From Candidatus Eiseniibacteriota bacterium (GTDB lineage Bacteria; Eisenbacteria; RBG-16-71-46; JABDJR01): a stretch of DNA of 64,000 nt. Position 1 is the first letter of the stretch. The number at the start of each line of letters is the position of its first letter. A model generated the notes under the pieces. It was given only the letters and a program-made list of their open reading frames with translations, had not been told where the DNA came from and ran no database searches. The position numbers and the translations under genes were made by a program. This document shows, one piece after another, positions 53,269-63,400 of this stretch. Location: NCBI GenBank assembly GCA_963762255.1, contig CAVXKA010000003.1, forward strand, positions 912,203 to 976,202, given 5' to 3'.

Positions 53269-53817
53269 ATGAACACGATCTTGTTGAATCCCGCCCGGGC
53301 CGAGGAACCGGTGAACACGTGGGATGGCCGCTCGCTCGGCGATCTTGCCGACCACATCACCGCGCGCCACCACGAGTACTTGCGCTCGGCGCTTCCCCGC
53401 CTGGAGGGACTGCTCGAAAAGGTCGAGAAGGCGCACGGTGCGAAACACCCGGAGATGGTGGAGGTTCGCCGCATCTTCGCCGAGTTCCATCCCGCGCTGA
53501 TGCAGCACATGATGAAGGAGGAGAGGGTGCTCTTCCCCATGCTGCGTCAGCTCGACGATCCGCACGGCGAGCGGGCATTCCACTGTGGGAGCGTAGGTAA
53601 CCCGATCGGGATGATGCTCATGGAGCACGACGACGCGGCGGCCGCGCTGGAGCAGTTCCGCACGCTGACGCACGACTACACGCCGCCGGATGACGCCTGC
53701 AACACCTTCCGCGCGGCCTTGCACGCGATGGCCGAGTTGGAGAAAGATCTGCACCGTCACGTGCATCTCGAGAACGAAGTGCTCTTCCCGCGCGCGATCG
53801 AAGCCGAGCGGGGGTGA
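53269..53817 (+). CDS. Di-iron hemerythrin protein, RIC/YtfE-like, lacking the N-terminal ScdA domain
   Basis: HHEYLR, HMMKEE, MEHD, ACNT, HVHLENEVLF. Confidence 0.88.
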   Translation: MNTILLNPARAEEPVNTWDGRSLGDLADHITARHHEYLRSALPRLEGLLEKVEKAHGAKHPEMVEVRRIFAEFHPALMQHMMKEERVLFPMLRQLDDPHGERAFHCGSVGNPIGMMLMEHDDAAAALEQFRTLTHDYTPPDDACNTFRAALHAMAELEKDLHRHVHLENEVLFPRAIEAERG

Positions 53818-53827
53818 GGGCACGGCG

Positions 53828-54667
53828 ATGTCGACCGTGACGGAGGTTCATCGCAGAGCGATGCCGATGACCGTAGCCACGCCCGCGATCCCGTGGCGCA
53901 AGGTGCTCATACCGGCCGAGCACGGCGCGTGGGGATTTCTGGCCGAGCCATTGTTGCTGGGCCTGTTGGTCGCGTTCTCGCGGCCGGGGCTTGCGCTGGC
54001 GGCGGCGGTGATCGCGGCCTTCCTTGCGCGGCACGCGCTCAAGCTCCTGCTCGGCGATCGGCGGCGCGGGAAGCGCTACCCGCGCACGGAAATGGCGGAA
54101 CGCGCGCTACTCGTGCTGGGTCCGCTTGCGGTGGCGGGAGTCGTGGCCGGGGTCGCGTTCGCGGGACCGCGAGTGGTCATCCCGGTGGCGATAGCCTCCC
54201 CCGCTGCGGCGATCGCGCTTGCCTACGATCTCCGGAACCGCGGGCGCACCTGGATCGCGGAGTTGGCCGCGCCGATCGCTCTGGGAGCCTCCGCGCCGGC
54301 AATCGCTCTGGCGCACGGATGGTCGTTTGTTCCCGCGCTAGCCTTGTGGGCGGTGGTGATCGCGCGCGCGGTGCCCTCCGTTCTCTACGTTCGCGCGCGA
54401 CTGCGACTGGAGCGCGGCGAGCCGGTGGCGTGGGGCGTGTCCGAGGCCGCGCAGGGCGTCGCGCTGCTCGGCGTGGCGTGGCTCGCCAGCGGAGGCCTCG
54501 CGCCCTGGCTCGCGGTGGCGGCGATCGCGGTGTTGGCCGGGCGCGCGTTCGTGGGGCTCTCCTCGCTTCGCAAGCCGACGACCGCGCGGCGTGTGGGTTT
54601 CACGGAGCTGGGGCTCGGGCTCTTCACGGTGCTCTTGGTGGCGGTCGGGTATTGGGGTGGGTGGTAG
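53828..54667 (+). CDS. YwiC-like membrane protein
   Basis: PAEHGAW motif, multiple TMs, VLYVR, RVGFTE. Confidence 0.8.
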   Translation: MSTVTEVHRRAMPMTVATPAIPWRKVLIPAEHGAWGFLAEPLLLGLLVAFSRPGLALAAAVIAAFLARHALKLLLGDRRRGKRYPRTEMAERALLVLGPLAVAGVVAGVAFAGPRVVIPVAIASPAAAIALAYDLRNRGRTWIAELAAPIALGASAPAIALAHGWSFVPALALWAVVIARAVPSVLYVRARLRLERGEPVAWGVSEAAQGVALLGVAWLASGGLAPWLAVAAIAVLAGRAFVGLSSLRKPTTARRVGFTELGLGLFTVLLVAVGYWGGW

Positions 54668-54739
54668 CCACGATAGGCTGGTTCAGGGCCGGGCGAGCCC
54701 CGCTTGCCGCATGGGATGCCCCGCCCTAGACTCCCGCCC

Positions 54740-56377
54740 ATGGCAGCCTCCACCGACCTCAAGAAGATCGTCGCGCTCCTCTCGAAGGGAACCACCGAGG
54801 AGTCCATCGCCGCCGCGGTGGTGCTGGGCGCGCTCGCTCCCAAGGAGAAGAGCGCCGTCGACGCGCTGGCGTCCTGCCTGAACGCGCGCGACAACCTGCC
54901 GCTGGCACTCGCGTCCGCGCGCGCGCTGGGCCGGATCGGCAACGCCGCCGCGCTGAAGGCGCTCTTGCCGCTCTTGCGCGCGGAGGGCGAACTACGCGAC
55001 ACCGGAGCGCTGGCCATAGCCGACTGCGGCCGCGCCGCGCTTCCCGCGGTAAAGAAAGAACTCGCAACCGCGGACTTTCATACCAAGCGCGTGCTCTACG
55101 CGATCCTCGCGAGACTGCACAGCGCGGAGTCGATCCACCTTCTCCTCGAAGGGTTCTTCGACCCCAACTTCGAGATGGTCAAGGCGGTGAGCCGCGAGCT
55201 GCGTTCGCAGATCCCCGGCCTCTCACCTGCCGAGCGCAAGGCCGCCGGCGCCGCCACCCTCGCGTTCCTCAAATCCAAACCGGTTCAGGAATCGCGCTCC
55301 GCAGTGAACTCCTGCCTCATCTACCTCGGCCACCTCGGCACAGTGGAGGCGGTGCCGGAACTGCTGCGTCGCACGAGCCCCGACGAGCCGCGCGCCATGC
55401 GCCGGCACGCGCTCCACGCCCTGCGCGGCGTTTTGCAGGGCGGGAAGGTGCCGGTCAAGGTTGTGGAGACGCTCTTCCCCTACATGGACGATCCCAACTT
55501 CGAGGACGTGGTCGAGCCCGCGATGGCGGTGCTGGATCGAGCCGACCTTCCTGTCGCGTACGAGAAAGAACTGGAGCGATTGATCGGCGGGCGCACGCCT
55601 CAGGTACGAGCCCTCGCGGTGCGCAAGCTCGCCGAGTCCCCTGGAAAGCGCGCGGCGGAGATCCTGGTGAGCCTGGTCGACGGGCCCGACGAGGCGCTTC
55701 GTCGCTCCGCGGTGAGCGCGCTCAAGAACTCGCCGCGGGCGCCCTCGCTGGTCCTCCCCAAACTCCTGACCGAGAAGAACGCCGATCGCGCGTGGGAGCT
55801 GGTGCACCTGGTCAAGGCGCACGCGCCGCAATTGGGTCCGGCCGAGCTCAAGTCGCTGGGCGCGGCGGCGGTGAAGGCCCTGGATGCGGGCGATCGCCGG
55901 AGCGAACCGCTCCTTCATCTCTTCCGCCACGCGGATGCCAAGAGCTACTACAAGACCTTCTTCGATCGCGCGATGAAGGCCAAGACGGCGCATCGCTACG
56001 TCGACGGCGAGCGGGACCTGCGCCTCATCTCGCGCAGCGAGGAGTTCGACGCCGACGCGCGGTTTCAGCTCGGGCTTCTGACGCTTCTGGGTGCGGGCAA
56101 GGACGCGGCGCCCGCTTCACCCAAGGTGAAGATGGCGATGGATGCGCTTCGAGGGCTCGCCGAGGACCCCGCCTTCGCGTTCGTCGCGCGCTTGAAGAAG
56201 GAGGTGCGCGTCCTCGGCCCCGAAGGGCACTACCTGATCGGCTTCGGGTTCGTGGAGGGGGCGGGGCGCACGAAGGCGCTGGGGGCGGAGCTGCTGAAGG
56301 GCGTGGTGAAGCAGGGCCCCAAGACGAAGGTCGGGCGCGCGGCGAAGGCGAAGCTCGAGACGGAGGGGTTGGCATGA
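54740..56377 (+). CDS. HEAT-repeat protein
   Basis: Repeated A..ALG..G / VRALAVRKL helical pairs. Confidence 0.7.
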   Translation: MAASTDLKKIVALLSKGTTEESIAAAVVLGALAPKEKSAVDALASCLNARDNLPLALASARALGRIGNAAALKALLPLLRAEGELRDTGALAIADCGRAALPAVKKELATADFHTKRVLYAILARLHSAESIHLLLEGFFDPNFEMVKAVSRELRSQIPGLSPAERKAAGAATLAFLKSKPVQESRSAVNSCLIYLGHLGTVEAVPELLRRTSPDEPRAMRRHALHALRGVLQGGKVPVKVVETLFPYMDDPNFEDVVEPAMAVLDRADLPVAYEKELERLIGGRTPQVRALAVRKLAESPGKRAAEILVSLVDGPDEALRRSAVSALKNSPRAPSLVLPKLLTEKNADRAWELVHLVKAHAPQLGPAELKSLGAAAVKALDAGDRRSEPLLHLFRHADAKSYYKTFFDRAMKAKTAHRYVDGERDLRLISRSEEFDADARFQLGLLTLLGAGKDAAPASPKVKMAMDALRGLAEDPAFAFVARLKKEVRVLGPEGHYLIGFGFVEGAGRTKALGAELLKGVVKQGPKTKVGRAAKAKLETEGLA

Positions 56378-57642
56378 ACACTGCCTGGGCACGATCCTGG
56401 ACGATGGTCACGTTGCTGGTCCTCACGGCGGGGCTCGCGACGCAAGCGTTCGGCGCCCAGGTTCTCGTCCACGCCCGCGACGTGCGGGGGTTGTCCGCGT
56501 TCTACGGCGCGGGGCTCGGCCTACCCGTCACGGCCCGCGACGATGCGACCGGTCGGATCGTCTTCGACGCCGGCGGCACGGAGTTGATTCTCGTCCCTTC
56601 GCGCGGCGGCGAGGACGGAGGCTCGGTGAGGCTCCTGATCCCGGCCGCCAACCTCGAAGCGGCGCGCGCGCGGCTCGACACGTTGCGCGTGCCGTATCAG
56701 GCGGTGTGGGGCGCGGACAGCACCGCGCTTGGGTTCTTCTTTCAGGATCCGGAGCGCAATCTGGTCGGGTTCGTGCTCGATAGCGCGCCGCGCGAGATGT
56801 GGCTCGCGCCCTTGACGGTGGCCCGCGAGCCGCGCGCGAGCGAGCGCTCGGGCCGCGTGCGGCTCATGGTGTACGGCGGTACCTACGGAATCTGGTCGGG
56901 CATCGCGTTTCCGGCGGGTCTCGGTTCGGAAAGCCCCACCGTGTACGGGTTGTCGATCATGACCGCGGGACCGCTGGGCGTGTACGCGGCTCATCGGTTC
57001 GACCGCGCCAAGCACGTCACCCGCGGGCGCGCGGACGTGATCTCGCTGGCCGGCAACTTCGGCACCGGGCAGGCCCTCGGTTGGGCGGCCATAAGCGGTT
57101 CAAATGGCGATGGGGACGCACGCGATGTGGTGCTGATCGGCGCCGGCGCCGGACTCGCATCGATCGTGGCCGCGGGTCTGATCACCGAACACGCGCAGGT
57201 GAGCGAGGGACAGGCCACGCTCCTGCACAGTGCGACGTACTGGGGAACGTGGTACGGCCTCCTGGCGAGCTTGATCGCCGACACCGAGGGAAGCGGCGAA
57301 GCGATGCTCGGGGGCGCGGCAGCGGGTCTTGCCGGGGGCGTCGTGTGGTGCCTGGGGCACGACACGCAGGCGTCGCGGGTCAATCTGGTCAGTCTGTCGG
57401 GACTCCTGGGGACCGCGTTCGGCTTCGGTCTGGACCTCTTGGTGCATTCCGAGGATCAAAGCACGGTGTTCGCCATCCCGGCGATCACCGGCCTCGCGGG
57501 GCTCGGCGCCGGCATAGCGTGGACGCGTGACAAATCGGGCAATGACGTCGGCGAGGCAATCACCCTGCAGCCGCCGATGATCTATGCGGACGCAGGGCGG
57601 CGCGGCGGGTACCGCGTGGCGCTGCTGCAAGCGTCGTTCTGA
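56374..57642 (+). CDS. Signal peptide + VOC/glyoxalase-like domain + Gly-rich membrane domain
   Basis: DV....AFY..GLGL and FFFQDPERNLV; C-terminal hydrophobic Gly/Ala helices. Confidence 0.65.
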   Translation: MNTAWARSWTMVTLLVLTAGLATQAFGAQVLVHARDVRGLSAFYGAGLGLPVTARDDATGRIVFDAGGTELILVPSRGGEDGGSVRLLIPAANLEAARARLDTLRVPYQAVWGADSTALGFFFQDPERNLVGFVLDSAPREMWLAPLTVAREPRASERSGRVRLMVYGGTYGIWSGIAFPAGLGSESPTVYGLSIMTAGPLGVYAAHRFDRAKHVTRGRADVISLAGNFGTGQALGWAAISGSNGDGDARDVVLIGAGAGLASIVAAGLITEHAQVSEGQATLLHSATYWGTWYGLLASLIADTEGSGEAMLGGAAAGLAGGVVWCLGHDTQASRVNLVSLSGLLGTAFGFGLDLLVHSEDQSTVFAIPAITGLAGLGAGIAWTRDKSGNDVGEAITLQPPMIYADAGRRGGYRVALLQASF

Positions 57643-57660
57643 GGGGGTGCGGGCGCGCCA

Positions 57661-57698
57661 CGTAGCGGGTCGCCCGTCGTGATCACCCGGGTGATCAC
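57661..57698 (+). repeat. Solo REP-like unit joined to a 20-bp palindrome
   Basis: cgtagcgggtcgcccgtcg is 18/19 identical to 38178-38196; perfect palindrome gtgatcacccgggtgatcac at 57679-57698. Confidence 0.75.
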
Positions 57699-59050
57699 TC
57701 CCCTCGGATCGCGCGCGCCAGAATCCGGAAGACCTCGGTGTTGTCGATCGACGCGCCGATCGAATCGCGCAACGAAGGCGGCCCCCAGAAGTAGAGCGGC
57801 ACGTCCATGCCGCCGTGCTTGTCGTCGCCCGCGATGATGCCCGCCCGCTCGTGGAAGTCGGGGGCGAGCAGCATCTCGGGCGTCAGCACAGCCTGCGGTG
57901 CGCCCTTCCCGGCTCCGGTAGCGAACAACAGCGCAGTGTACGGAACGCCGTTCGCGTCCTTGCCCGCCTCGGTGAACACATCCGCGCTCGCCGGCGGGTA
58001 GCCCGCGATCACCATCGTGTGGTCGTGGTCGGCGGTGACGAGCACGACGGTCTCTTCGGGGTCTAGCCGCAACGCTTCCCCGACCGCGGCATCGAACTCG
58101 AGCATCTCCGCTACCGCACGCGCGCCGTTGTTCTCGTGCAGCGCGTGGTCGATCTTCCCGCCCTCGACGAGCAGGAAGAAGCCGTTGGGGTTGCGCGAGA
58201 GCACGCGGATCGCCGCGCGCGTCATCTCCGGCAGCGAGGGCTCGCGCACGCCCAACCGCTCGCGGTCCAGCACGTAGGTCAAGTGCGACGGCGCGAAGAG
58301 ACCGAGCACGTGCGAAGCGCCTGCTGCGGCCGCAGAGTCCAGCTCCGTCCCGCTCCGCACGATGTCATAGCCTGCATCGTGCATTTCGACGAGCAGGTTT
58401 CGCCCGTCGGCGCGGCGCCCGGCGACGCCGCCCACGACGACGTCCGCAGGCAGGAAGTTCGCGTACCCGCCACCCAAGATCACTTCGACGCCGTCCCGCA
58501 AGCGTGGGTTCCCTCGCCCCGGCACCAGCGCGGCCGCGATCGACTCTTCGCTGTAGCGGCTGACCTCGTGCGCGTAGAGCCCGGCCGGCGTCGCATGGGT
58601 CATGCGTGTGGTGGTGACGAGGCCGGTGGCGAAGCCCCGCGCCTCGGCGAGTTCCAACAGCGTGATGAGCGTGTCCACCCCACCGTCGGCGCGCGCCACC
58701 GCCGACAGGACCGCGCTCGGCACCTTGTGACCGGTGACGAGCGCCGTGATTCCCGCCGCGGAATCGGTCACCATGTTGTCCGCGCTCCAGGTGTGAACCA
58801 GGGCGCCGCGCGGTGCGCCGTCCAGCACGAGCCGCCCCTCCACCGGGCGCGCGAGCCCGTCCAGAGCGCCTTTGTGGATGCGCGCCGCGGTTACGGTCGC
58901 GATACCCATGCCGTCACCGACGAAGAGGATCACGTTACGCGGTGGCTTCGATGCGACGGCTGCCGCCGTCGCCGACCCGCCGCCCAGCGCGCTCGCGAAT
59001 CCCCCGCTCAGCGTGACCAGTAGGAGCAACACCCATGCGCCCAGCTTCAT
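57695..59050 (-). CDS. phoA: Alkaline phosphatase (PhoA family)
   Basis: VGDGMG, VTDSAA (catalytic Ser), THATPA, VEGGKIDHALH, TADHDH; signal peptide. Confidence 0.93.
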   Translation of the reverse strand: MKLGAWVLLLLVTLSGGFASALGGGSATAAAVASKPPRNVILFVGDGMGIATVTAARIHKGALDGLARPVEGRLVLDGAPRGALVHTWSADNMVTDSAAGITALVTGHKVPSAVLSAVARADGGVDTLITLLELAEARGFATGLVTTTRMTHATPAGLYAHEVSRYSEESIAAALVPGRGNPRLRDGVEVILGGGYANFLPADVVVGGVAGRRADGRNLLVEMHDAGYDIVRSGTELDSAAAAGASHVLGLFAPSHLTYVLDRERLGVREPSLPEMTRAAIRVLSRNPNGFFLLVEGGKIDHALHENNGARAVAEMLEFDAAVGEALRLDPEETVVLVTADHDHTMVIAGYPPASADVFTEAGKDANGVPYTALLFATGAGKGAPQAVLTPEMLLAPDFHERAGIIAGDDKHGGMDVPLYFWGPPSLRDSIGASIDNTEVFRILARAIRGE

Positions 59051-60498
59051 TCCGTCTCCTTAGCGGATGACCGCTCCGCTCGTCGTGCGATCGCATGCAG
59101 CATTCCGCGAAACACGATCGCGTGCATGGGAAGGAGCGAGTACCAATACGCCCGCCCCCAGAACGGCGCCGGGCGAAACCGCGCGCGCTGCTCGATGCGC
59201 GATCCCGCGCCGTCCGGCGCGACCCGGAACTCGAGCCACGCCTCACCCGGCACCTTCATCTCCGCGCGCAGCACCAGCTCTTCTCCGGGTCGCACCGATT
59301 CCACGCGCCAGAAATCGAGTGCGTCGCCGCCGCGAAGCTCGTCGGGGTCGCGGCGGCCTCGGCGCATGCCCACCCCGCCGGCCATCCGATCCAGCGCGCC
59401 GCGCACCGTCCACAGGAAGTTGAACGCGTACCAACCGCGGCGGCCGCCGATTCCCGACACCGCCCGCCACGCCGCCTCGGGAGACGCTGTGCACATCACG
59501 ACCCGCTCGTCCGCGATCTCGCGACCGGCGAAGGCGACCGGCGGCGCGACCGCCGAACGCGACGCCTCCGTCCAGCGCGTCTCCACCTCGCCCCGGCTCT
59601 CGCGTTCGAGTGCGACCCGCACCGCGTCCTCGTAGCGCATCGGCTCGAACGGGATCAACGCGCGGATGCGGTCGTCCTTCACCACGACCTCGTTCTTGAG
59701 CCCTTCGATGAGCGGTCGCGCGTACGACGCGGGAATCGGGGTGATGAGATCGACCCAGTAGGACGAGAGGCGCGGCGACAGCACCGGCACAGGCACCATC
59801 ATCCGCTTGAGACCGCGCACGCGGGTGAATCCCAGCATCATTTCGCGATAGGTGAGCACCTCGGCGCCACCAATGTCGAAGCTCTCCCCCGTCGTGCGTT
59901 CGTCGGCGAGGCACCCGACGAGGTAGCGCAGCACATCGCCTATTGCGATCGGCTGCGAGCGCGTGTTCACCCACTTCGGCGTGATCATGAACGGCAACCG
60001 CTCCACCAGTGCGCGGATCATCTCGAAGGACATGCTCCCCGAGCCCACGATCACCGCCGCGCGCAGTTCGGTGACCGGCACGCGGCCCGATCGCAGCGCG
60101 CGCCCGGTGTCGAGGCGGCTGGCCAGATGCTTGGAGAGGCCGGGGCCGGTCTCCCCGAGGCCGCCCAGGTAGATGATCCGTCGCACTCCCGCCTCTTCGG
60201 CCGCGCGGGCGAAGTTCTCCGCCGCGCGCCGGTCGCGGGCCTCGAAGCCTCGCTCCCCTTCCGCCATCGAGTGCACGAGGTAGTAGACGGTGTCGAGGCC
60301 ACGCATGAACCCGGGCAGCGTGCTGGCGTCCAGCACATCCCCCGCGCTCACCTCGACCCGGTCCCGCCAGAGCCTGCCGTCGAGCTTGGAGGGCGCGCGG
60401 GCGAGAACGCGCACCGGGTAGCCGTTTTCAAGAAGCAGCGGCACCAGGCGCCCACCCACGTATCCGGTCGCTCCGGTGACCCCGATCGTCGGCTTCAC
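59047..60498 (-). CDS. Atypical SDR oxidoreductase with DUF2867 (YbjT-like)
   Basis: TGATGYVG, YYLVHSM, HLASR, GSGSMSFE, LDFWRV, AEMKVPGEAWL. Confidence 0.9.
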   Translation of the reverse strand: MKPTIGVTGATGYVGGRLVPLLLENGYPVRVLARAPSKLDGRLWRDRVEVSAGDVLDASTLPGFMRGLDTVYYLVHSMAEGERGFEARDRRAAENFARAAEEAGVRRIIYLGGLGETGPGLSKHLASRLDTGRALRSGRVPVTELRAAVIVGSGSMSFEMIRALVERLPFMITPKWVNTRSQPIAIGDVLRYLVGCLADERTTGESFDIGGAEVLTYREMMLGFTRVRGLKRMMVPVPVLSPRLSSYWVDLITPIPASYARPLIEGLKNEVVVKDDRIRALIPFEPMRYEDAVRVALERESRGEVETRWTEASRSAVAPPVAFAGREIADERVVMCTASPEAAWRAVSGIGGRRGWYAFNFLWTVRGALDRMAGGVGMRRGRRDPDELRGGDALDFWRVESVRPGEELVLRAEMKVPGEAWLEFRVAPDGAGSRIEQRARFRPAPFWGRAYWYSLLPMHAIVFRGMLHAIARRAERSSAKETE

Positions 60499-63400
60499 AG
60501 CGACTTCACCAATCCCGCCTGGCGCTTGCCCACGACAAAGCCGAAGCGATAGAAGTAGCTCGGGCGGAAGAAGCCCGTGTTCACGGTCTGCGCGCCGGCC
60601 GCGCGCAGCCGGTTGAAGAACTCGTTCATGAGCCCTTCCCCCACGCCGAGCTTCCGATAGCGCTCGGCCACCACGATCTTCTCGAGGTGCGCGGTGCGGT
60701 TCTCCTCGTCGGGTTCGTAGAAGAGCCCGCCGATGATCGAGCCGCGCTCGTTGACCGCCACCAGATAGTGATGCTCCGAACGGAACTGCACGTCGAGCTT
60801 GGCGGCGATGAAGAGCCGATGCAGGCGGCCGACTTCCTTCGGGTTGACCGGCTGGCGCACGCGATAGGGACGCCCCTGATTGTCCTCGAGCGTGACGACG
60901 ATGTCGGTCTGACGCACGCCGCCCATTTCGGTGGAGAGAAACCCCGCATCGTCACCCGGCTGCAAGTGCGGATAGGTGAGGCGGGCGAGGAAGTACTCCT
61001 CGGGCGAGCCCGACGCCATGTGCACGCGAAGCTCGGCGAGCCGGTCGACCAGATCGTCCCGGTCGAGCACGCGACGGCGCAAGCGATCGATGACGTCGTC
61101 GAGACCTCGTGCGAGGGCGTCGGGCGCATTGCGAAAGACCGTGTCCCGGAAAAAGCGCGCGCGCGCCTCAGGATAGTCCCGCAACAGATCGTCCAGATGA
61201 TAGGTCTCGAAGAGTTCGCGAGCGGTCTGAGCGTGGGCGGCTGGGGGCGCGTCCGGGGCCAGGACCGCCCAGCGGTGATAGCGGTCGATCGCCGAGGCCA
61301 GCCGCCGCGGAACGAAGCCGTGCTCTCGCACGCGCTGCGCGTGGTCGACGATGTGCGCGGAGACGAGGCCGGAGCCCACGGCGTCCCGCAGCGCTTCGAG
61401 TGCTTCCTTCACACCGAGTGCCTCGAAGAACGCGGAGAGGATCAGCTCCGGCGATGCGACTCCGACAAGCGAGGCATGCTTCGCTTCCATCGGCGTCACC
61501 AGGTGCGTCCAGAGATCGTCGAGCATGACCCCGACCGGCGGCGCGGGGCGACGCTCGGAGATCGAGACGACACGGGTGCCGGTTTGATAGTCGTGGGTGG
61601 GAACGATGACGTCCCCCGCCGAGGGCTCGGCGAGCACGTACCGCCGGCCCGTGCGGTTCCAGAACTCCACGAACGCCTCCGCCGCGCTGGAGACGAAGAA
61701 CGACCAGAGCATGCGCAGCCGGTCGATCGGATCTCCTTCCGTGTGGCGCGCGAGACGGTTCACCACGCGGTCGAGGGTCTCACCCGCGATGAACTCCTCG
61801 CTCCAGAGGTCGTACTCCTCCCAATAGCCGCCGAACTTCTCCACCAGCGCTCCGCGACCGTCGGGACCGCCGGCCACGATGAGCCAGCGCATCTCGCCGA
61901 GGAGTTCCTCGGCGGACTGATCGCGATTGAGGTTGAGCGCCAAGTCGAACGAGCCCTGCATGCGCGTGTGCGCGGTCACGCGATAGACCGACTTCCCGTG
62001 TTTGCGTCCGAGGAGGCTCACCCAGACACCGCCGGGAGGGATGTCCGCAAGGCTCAAGAGCGCTTCCCCGCTGAAGAGGAACACCGCTTCGCGCAGAAGG
62101 CCCGTGCGCGAGATCGCTTCCAGGATCCGCAGACGGTCGTCCTCGTCGATGCCCTCCTCGAACGTGACGACGTCCTCCCAGCGATACTCCTCGCCCGCCT
62201 CCGGATCCACCGCGATCCGTCGCACGGGGCCGAGCCACGCGCGGAAGCCCTGCGTGAGACGCTCTGCGGCGCGGCCGGCCTCCTCGCGCACCGCGCCGGA
62301 CACGGCCAAGAGCTGCACGCGCACGAGGGCGTGACGCAGCGGCTCGAAACGCGCGGGATGCATCGAGCCGTACTCGGCCAGAAGCTGCAGCATCGACGCG
62401 ACCGCCCGCGCCCGCACTTCGTCCACGCTCTCAACCGCCTTTGCCGTCGCGCGCGCGTACGTCATGAGCGCGTTGAGCTTGGGCTCGGAAAGGCCTTTCT
62501 CCGCGATCAGAGCTATCGTCCGCTCGTCGAGAAGAACGTCGGTGCCGCCCAGGAAGCGCGCGAGGGTCGCCGGCGTCTGCGCGTCGCGCTCGACAGGCAT
62601 GAGCATCTGGAACGCGCGGCGGCGTAGCGCGAGCGATGGTGCGTCAGCGGCCAGCCGCAATGCCAGGAGCGCGAGGTCGAGAAGAGACTCCTCGTCGGAG
62701 TGCAGCGCTTGACCGATCTCGCGCAGGGCGAGAGCGCCATGCTCCTCTTCCGACGAGCTCAACATGCGAGCGGCGAGGTCGAGCGTTTCGAGATCGGAGC
62801 CGGGATGGCCGGCAGCTTTGCGCAGCGTCTCGACCGCGGCGTCGTCGGGGCGGTACGGTGCCACCCGCCCCAGGAGGGCAAGCTCACGCGGGGGACGCGC
62901 GCGCCGCACGCGGAAGGACGCGTCGAGCGGGGCGAACGCACAGAGCTCTTCGTTTCCCAACCACAGAGCCGGGCACGCGAGGAGCGCGCCGAGATCCACC
63001 GTTCGCCCGCGCACCAGGTAGCGGCAGGAGCCGATGCACACGACACGCTCGCCCACCTCCGCCGCATCGCGGCGCGTTTCCAGTGCCGCGGTCGCAGACG
63101 GCGCCTCCGCGCCGGCGTCCGGCGCCGACTCCCGGCGCACGGTCAGTGCCGCGCCGGTGGGCGCGAGCACGAGCCGGTCTCCATCCCAACGGACGTCTCC
63201 CGCCGTCAGGCCCAGCGCCTGGAAGAGCCAGTTCGGAACGTGGATCTCCGCGCCGAGATCCGCGGACTTCAACCGCACGCGGCGGTAGAGCGCGTCGATG
63301 ACCGGGGCGAAGTTCTTCGCGATGACCTTGCGGCGGTAGGTGCCCTTTGGAGTCAGTTCTTCACGCGCTTCGTCGAAGTCGCGCTCCACGATCGCGAAGT

